Sequence record: SRR20825019_1458 | Length of the DNA: 64,000 nt | Direction: 5' to 3' (one strand) | Shown here: piece by piece, positions 60,301 through 64,000 of the stretch | How positions within the stretch are numbered: position 1 is the first letter of the stretch | Layout of the letters: each line of letters begins with the position of its first letter | Position numbers and translations under genes: made by a program | Notes under the pieces: model-generated | Databases searched by the model: none | Seen by the model: only the letters and a program-made list of their open reading frames with translations | Told to the model about the DNA's origin: nothing

Positions 60301-61036
60301 ATGAGGAAATATTGATCGGAGCATCAAAGCTGACGGTCAAACTTGGCCCCGCAGACAGGTTTCCGAGCACATATCCATCCGTCAGCCCTGCTTCACTGTA
60401 GTGTCCGCTTCTCAGGCCGCTGCCCGTGATGGTCATGGTTACGCCGCTGGCTTGATCCGAGAAGGTGGTGTGGAACGGTGCCCCGGTTTGCCCTATATCC
60501 ATATCAAATGTCGGCAGCGTGTGCGGGTAGGAAGACTGGGCGGCTTCGGTAAACGGTGCGCGCACGCCTATGTTCCAGTCACCGCCAAGGGACGCAGCCC
60601 CCACGGGCCGGTCTGTGGCGTAAACCTCTGCTCCCGTACCGGCTTCCAGTGCACGAATGAAACTCTCACCTTGTGTTGTCCACGCAACCGAGCAGGCCCA
60701 AAGCGCGATACTCGCCTCATCGGCCAGCAGGGCCTCAATGGCGGCAAGCATGCCTTCCTGCGTGTGCAGGTAGGCTTCATCAACTTCCACACCGCCAAGG
60801 TGGAGCATACCCGGCGAACCGTGGGCAAGAATATGAACTGTCTCTATACGGGTGTGGGACGCCAGCGCCTGCGCGATCTGGAACAGCGGGTTCTGGCATT
60901 TGTTCAGGTAAACAATCTCAACCGCTGGTGAAAGTTCATCCAGCAGGATTTCCACGTCCTTGACACCAGGGTCGATGATCAGGAGTTCGCGCGCAGCTTC
61001 ACGATCAATTCCATACATTGCGTAATATTTTGTCAT
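54374..61036 (-). CDS. giant repetitive adhesin (DUF4347, Ig/cadherin-like, VCBS, FG-GAP, RTX Ca-binding repeats), probably type I secreted
   Basis: HILAHGSPG.LHLG..LWAC.VA DUF4347 motif; DIDGDGD FG-GAP repeats; G.WTY.LD VCBS repeats; GGAGNDTL nonapeptides; D.VTDF C-terminus. Confidence 0.88.
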   Translation of the reverse strand: MTKYYAMYGIDREAARELLIIDPGVKDVEILLDELSPAVEIVYLNKCQNPLFQIAQALASHTRIETVHILAHGSPGMLHLGGVEVDEAYLHTQEGMLAAIEALLADEASIALWACSVAWTTQGESFIRALEAGTGAEVYATDRPVGAASLGGDWNIGVRAPFTEAAQSSYPHTLPTFDMDIGQTGAPFHTTFSDQASGVTMTITGSGLRSGHYSEAGLTDGYVLGNLSAGPSLTVSFDAPINISSFVFAEYGGAQGGTYSFTVTDGTGSAFYVTSASIPVNGSVPNAQYEPSDWTSVSSFTITSSNGNFQSVIDTISFTVPNEAPEFDDADDTVTLTVVENDGATTITGLEATDDNEGDTLTWTVVSGPSKGSVTLTGTATATSGGGDLPGTYTYTPGADTTGSDSFTVQVSDGTDTDTLTVNVTITPDNIAPVITLPAAPDVLEDATNVAIADTINIADEDGNDQTVTLTVTGGTVSLATTDLDFSVGDGTADASMTFSGTLAEVNAALDSLTFTPTANLYGDDAASVRIQTADGEGGNDDETLNIDIEAVDDPMVITGDTSGNIDEDSTGTVGGTLSLSDPDGTESLSGFGYDGDYGRITTEYEGDWVYDLDETHADVQGLAAGETLTDVVTIQTADGANQDITITINGADDPGSLSNFGDSVTVNEDETTLLDSDVTFTDVDFNGGTLTVSGLLSGDVVSVQDTGTGSGEVGFSGTTVTFEGVSVGTTSGGDGDTFSIALNGDASGEAVDAIIEALTFSATDDSPVEARTLTLNVTDNDGNSVIGGDEVIERGTSDNPFYDTSYGDLYTAPTTVDIDNDGDLDVVVGFGAAREGGGIRVWENDGSGDFTELSGADDPFDSIEFDQRSTPTFTDIDGDGDQDAFVGQHLGNIRYFENTGSASSPSFTERTGSDNPLGSVDVGDGATPAFGDIDGDGDMDMVSGRGSGDFVFYRNDGNEDTPDFTEVTGSGNPLNGVDLSSTSSIELVDLDNDGDLDAVLGQNSGDISYFENTGSANSASFTERTGDDNPFSDVSVNYISNLAIGDIDGDDAYEAVIGAYLEDDPKTYDITTGQPIDVTVTPVNDPSVITGADARTINEGSTSISGSLTSSDPDGDIYFTADSQSGDYGSFSISVFGAWTYTADNNNDTINELGAGDTLGDSFTIQSSDGTEKTVEVTISGVNDAAVIGGTLAANLDDNTDSIGGTASVSDVDGENSFNADTSSSSYGDFEIAENGDWSFDLNNDYSVVDELQEGDEIDLTFGIEADDGTQSSVVITVTGANDDSVISGTTTGTISEGVATTSNYVAINDVDNDVAFTPDTIDGTHGTLTIEANGTWTYALDNTSDTVNELTIGDTLGDSVTVYADDGSSVDIDITISGTNDPAVITGDATAFMNEDADTDTGTLTVSDVDGADSFIADTLDGDFGTLTIEANGDWSFDLNNDLDMVASLSQNDTIGDSIDIEAADGTTREISIKVTGVNDEPTLTGVEGDYSFTEDTQGNLDLSAVTLTDIDTNDTQTLTLTVTGGAFASPADGAGVGDGVTATLTDAQTITLVGSADDITSYLDTTGNIQYTGAENAEGDNAATLTVSVNDGYAVVSESANMDITAVEDDAIVSGTFTGAVVEGDEGDGGRGTTATGTLSISDADPADNPSFADQAATAGDNAYGSFTLTEGEWTYTLDQSAVQDLDAGDTVTDTITFAASDDTEQQITITITGTADDAVITGTFTGTLSERIGSSGTATGTLSISDVDADDAPSFADQAATVGDNGYGTFELSDGTWTYTLDRSKVAGWGAGHSVTDSITYTASDDSTQQITVTIAGENDAPSSPKLASTGVDEDEKGAFVGTLSSIDPEGDSVSFSVEDARFKVVGDKLYLADDVSLSYEDIQELSIKVTASDGGKGSAAFLDVTVNDLPEAIVNTPTDGNDTVMGGDGRDTLTGGAGNDTLDGGAGDDTIIKDNNDDGQDIIVGGEGNDMVRSGGGNDFIVGDGASDGTTRQSLTQNGDTSTDGADTLRGGTGDDTILGGGWDDDLVNDNGSYDDGEEVESGTAQNRIWAGDGNDVAVGSGGDDAIGGSTGNDKLNGLGGNDTLFGNIGDDLVLGGAGDDLAFNGTGTDTVDGGAGDDTLWASAGDDQLTGGAGADTFCFGALSGNDVVTDFNLDEDTLHLSYRGFESLDQVLSRASETSVNGAGGVMIDLGDGESAFLIGLTLEELSTAQITL

Positions 61037-61163
61037 GGGGTCCCTCCCGCCATTTCTTCATCAGCAGCGCCCCGTCTGACATTTCAGTCTCATACTTCAG
61101 CCCAACACTTCAGTCTGATCTGGCGCGTTCATATCTCACTGCTAAGGTCCCACGATCACTCAG

Positions 61164-61232
61164 GAAAATCCTGCCAGAAGCCTTGAATTTTCTGCATTGG
61201 CAGAAATGTCAGGGTGAATTGGCAGGAATTTC
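61164..61232. promoter_or_regulatory. four-box operator array upstream of adhesin
   Basis: GAAAATCCTGCCA (61164), GAATTTTCTGCAT (61185), TGGCAGAAATGTC (61198), TGGCAGGAATTTC (61220). Confidence 0.68.
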
Positions 61233-61314
61233 CTGTGGTAAATTTGCTTGAAACAGAGGGGAGCCGTAACGTCAGTTGAATTCCGCAACTTACGGTGCCT
61301 GCAGCAAGTTGCCC

Positions 61315-61347
61315 AAAAAAACACCACCCGGAATTAACCGGATGGTG
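61315..61347 (-). terminator. intrinsic terminator for the 61388-62434 gene
   Basis: CACCACCCGG..CCGGATGGTG hairpin with A7 on the left (T-run on minus strand). Confidence 0.7.
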
Positions 61348-61387
61348 AGGGGCTCCTTGAATGAATATACAGGATTGCTTGGGTGAG

Positions 61388-62434
61388 TTAGAGCTGCCCA
61401 ATTGTGAAGGTGCTGATGGAGCGTTCAAGGTCTGAAGGCGTATAAAGTACGTCACTGCTTACAAGCGCCAACGCGACATCTACAGCTCTGAGAGGACGGT
61501 CGATCTCAAGCCCTTTGAAAGCACCGCCCAGAGCACGAACCGCTTCTTCGAGCTCAGAAGTCATAGCTGTTTCCTTCGTGCCCATCATATCCGCTGGTTC
61601 GTCGTTCTGCTCCGCGAGCTTACGGCTGATGGTATAGGTACCGAGGCTATCGGCCTGATTAAAACAAACCGCCACCATTTCCGAGCACACAAGGTGTTTT
61701 TTCTGCCGCCAGCGATCAAGCGCCCGGTGGAAAATATCCACAAAAAACAGCTTAATGGTCTCTGGCCCAATAAGCTTGAAAAGCATGTCTGTCGCCTGCG
61801 CCCCGAACGCAAGCACCAAGGCTGCATGCAGGCGGTTCATTACAGTATCTTCCCCTGCCCTGAACAGGCACCAGATAGCCAGAAGCCCTGCGTGATAATA
61901 GCCGTATTCAATATCGCCTGCCTTATAGAGAGCCTTCGCTTTTTTCAGCACCGGCTCAGCAGGCAATAGCTTGTCACCAAGGGACACGGCATCCTTATAG
62001 TAGCGGCAAACACTGATCGGCCCATCCCAATAGTCCTTCAAGGGTGTCTGCATGATGCCCTTGGGGCCAGCTTCAATCACGACTTTTTCATGATCCGCGT
62101 CCTGCCCAACAATGGCGGCATGGAAATAGCGGTTATTGTCAAACGCTGTGATAGCAAAATGGATAAGCGGCATAAGGGCCGCAAAATGCGCTTCACGGGT
62201 TTCCTTGTCATAGTCCGCCCAGTGTTTCCAGTCCTCAACCGCCTGATGCGCCAGCTTGAGAAGCTTCAGCATCTCGGCAACTTTGTTGTCTTCCGGCACA
62301 TAGTGCAGCAGCAGGATATCTCCCGGTTGCACATCTGCTTTGCTGATAGACAGCTCGACATCATCTTCCTGTTCAGAGGAAAGCGTAGGTTCGTTACGTT
62401 TTTTCAGCGCTGCGATAATGGATGACGGTGACAT
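61388..62434 (-). CDS. permuted papain-like NlpC/P60 (YiiX/YebB-like) protein
   Basis: QPGDILL, YFHAAIV, VIEAGPKG, then C-terminal LVCSEMVA, TPSDL (His before Cys). Confidence 0.68.
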   Translation of the reverse strand: MSPSSIIAALKKRNEPTLSSEQEDDVELSISKADVQPGDILLLHYVPEDNKVAEMLKLLKLAHQAVEDWKHWADYDKETREAHFAALMPLIHFAITAFDNNRYFHAAIVGQDADHEKVVIEAGPKGIMQTPLKDYWDGPISVCRYYKDAVSLGDKLLPAEPVLKKAKALYKAGDIEYGYYHAGLLAIWCLFRAGEDTVMNRLHAALVLAFGAQATDMLFKLIGPETIKLFFVDIFHRALDRWRQKKHLVCSEMVAVCFNQADSLGTYTISRKLAEQNDEPADMMGTKETAMTSELEEAVRALGGAFKGLEIDRPLRAVDVALALVSSDVLYTPSDLERSISTFTIGQL

Positions 62435-62490
62435 GGAAAGCCCCTCAGTTGCCGGATATCTAGACTTATTTGTTTAAAGGGGCTTGGGAA

Positions 62491-62558
62491 GAAAATCCTG
62501 CCAGCGGGTACGACTTTCCCGCCATGGCAGGAATGTCGCCTCATATGGCAGGTTTGTC
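62491..62558. promoter_or_regulatory. four-box operator array upstream of NlpC/P60 gene
   Basis: GAAAATCCTGCCA (62491), GACTTTCCCGCCA (62512), TGGCAGGAATGTC (62525), TGGCAGGTTTGTC (62546). Confidence 0.7.
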
Positions 62559-62591
62559 CGGGCTCACGCGCGGGTTTGCAGTAGGTCTGCC

Positions 62592-64000
62592 CTATTGCGG
62601 GCTGTTGCTCAAAAGCTCTGACGGGGATTTCCCGTACCGGTTTGTGAACAGTTTAGTAAAATAGCTCACATCCCTGAACCCGCATTTATACGCGGCCTCT
62701 GACACATTGGCGGCACGTGCGCTCAGAATTTTGTGGCCATACTCCAGCCTGAGCGTGCGAATAAGCGCTGCGGGTGTTTGTGCCGTCAGGTTCACCACCC
62801 GGCGGTGCAACTGCCGTGTACTGACGGCCAGCGCCTCGGCCAGCTCTGTCACCTGGAAGTTGAAATCACCAAGGTTTTCCTCGATCGCAGCCCTCAGTTT
62901 CTGCTCAAACACCTGATCTTTCGACAAGATGTCCGGGTCGATCTTTTTAGCGGCTTCAATTGTGCGGTATTGAATTTCAGCCTCTAGCAATTCTGTCTGC
63001 TCATCCACCCGTTGCCGTGCCCGGTCAAGCGAGTGCAGCATGGCATTAAAACCGTGGGCGATATCGCTCACCTCATCTTCAATGCCCACATCCAGCCTAT
63101 GGTCCAGATTACCTTCATCCACCTGCTTTACCCCGGCGCGGATACGGTCAAGCGGTTTAACAATGACACGACTGAGATAAGGCCTAAGGAAAACCAGCAA
63201 CAGCACGATGATGATGATGAGCATAATCGCAAGCGGATAGAGCTTGTCATGCGTGGCAAGGCGACGCCCGAGTGTCAGGTCAAACCATAATGAGCCACCT
63301 GTGCTGGCGACCGGCATATCCGCAAGGGTGAGCGAATCCGGCGGCCAGACAGCGCCATCAAATATCCCGATTGCATTGGCACGCCTGAGCGACGCGGTGA
63401 CCGGGAAAGCGTCATACGCGAGGCTGATGGTGCCATCAGGGCGGAGTGCAGCACCAAAGGCCACTGAGGCCTGGCTGCCTGTGTCCTCCTCCGGCACCAT
63501 CCAAACGATGTGCTGAACGTCAGGCGTAGAGGCGACATAGATGTTCAACTCCTCCCCCGACAGGCAGAAAACCGCAATCACCGGCTCGCTGTCCCGGCAG
63601 AAGAACACTTCCCAGAGCCCGATATGCCCCGCATCATTGGTGTTTGTTGGTGAAATTTGCCCATCAGGGAAAATATCGAGGCGGCTGTACGACTGCCCAA
63701 AGAACGGAAACTCAAACGGCAGCGGTATATTGACCGCCCTTTTTTCTTCATGGGTGAGCCGTACAAGCTCCTCCGGTTGTGAAAACCCGGCCGTGCTTGT
63801 GGCGCGGTAGCCGCCCCCCAGCGGGGTGATCTCGACACCGCCCTGACGCAGCATGGCCATATCCTGCCCGCGCATGGGCGGGCGGTCAGCAAAAAATGCC
63901 AGCGTTACAAACACCGATGTCATCAACACAGCAACCGAAAGCACCCCGGTAATGCGGGCAGCAAGGTTTGCACGCTTTTCAATATAAGCCAGGAAGGTAA
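62592..64000 (-). CDS. membrane-anchored HAMP-AraC family regulator, 5' end beyond window
   Basis: TM segments, periplasmic region, HAMP (KPL.RI..G...V.EG.L..DEV..IA.GFN.M), AraC HTH (ELAEALAVS.RQLHR, VSEAAYKCGF.D.SYF.KLF...YG.SP). Confidence 0.85.
   Translation of the reverse strand, partial: TFLAYIEKRANLAARITGVLSVAVLMTSVFVTLAFFADRPPMRGQDMAMLRQGGVEITPLGGGYRATSTAGFSQPEELVRLTHEEKRAVNIPLPFEFPFFGQSYSRLDIFPDGQISPTNTNDAGHIGLWEVFFCRDSEPVIAVFCLSGEELNIYVASTPDVQHIVWMVPEEDTGSQASVAFGAALRPDGTISLAYDAFPVTASLRRANAIGIFDGAVWPPDSLTLADMPVASTGGSLWFDLTLGRRLATHDKLYPLAIMLIIIIVLLLVFLRPYLSRVIVKPLDRIRAGVKQVDEGNLDHRLDVGIEDEVSDIAHGFNAMLHSLDRARQRVDEQTELLEAEIQYRTIEAAKKIDPDILSKDQVFEQKLRAAIEENLGDFNFQVTELAEALAVSTRQLHRRVVNLTAQTPAALIRTLRLEYGHKILSARAANVSEAAYKCGFRDVSYFTKLFTNRYGKSPSELLSNSPQ

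Noticed and set aside
54539-60963. Many plus-strand ORFs within the adhesin region
   Set aside because: Antisense shadows of a codon-biased repetitive gene
62620-62647. Minus-strand TCACAAA..CCGTC inside the AraC gene
   Set aside because: Spacer is 16 bp rather than 12-13 and it lies in coding sequence

Overview
Alphaproteobacterial chromosome window (possibly a marine Kordiimonadales-like organism; inference only) that appears to span the replication terminus: a dif-like XerCD site lies at 52195-52222 and the KOPS octamers I found switch polarity there. 1-14071 is housekeeping DNA (tRNA-Lys, MltB-like lytic transglycosylase, rlpA, D,D-carboxypeptidase, tmk, holB, metG, TatD, MBL hydrolase, aspartic protease, Atm1-like ABC transporter, hybrid kinase plus receiver protein). 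A 15.3-kb Tn3-family transposon (15585-30916; 38-bp IRs, ATGTG duplication, TnpS/TnpT-type resolution genes) has split a FAD/NAD(P)-binding oxidoreductase gene and carries MarR/RND, ArsR/SRPBCC and IS debris. Next come a paralogous oxidoreductase with an acetoacetate-decarboxylase-like gene and a giant pseudokinase-AAA-GAF-histidine kinase. The most striking locus (40587-52155) is an R-body (reb) cluster of about 11 reb/reb-like genes plus an ECF sigma factor. A repeated ECF-type promoter, TCACAAA-N12/13-(C/G/T)CGTC, precedes nearly every reb unit, and variants precede a DNase II gene and a GH25 lysozyme operon, suggesting a co-regulated R-body delivery system with candidate cargo. Right of dif are an esterase-like lipoprotein, a 2220-aa DUF4347/VCBS/RTX adhesin, a permuted NlpC/P60 gene and a HAMP-AraC regulator; the adhesin and NlpC/P60 genes share a four-box operator array.
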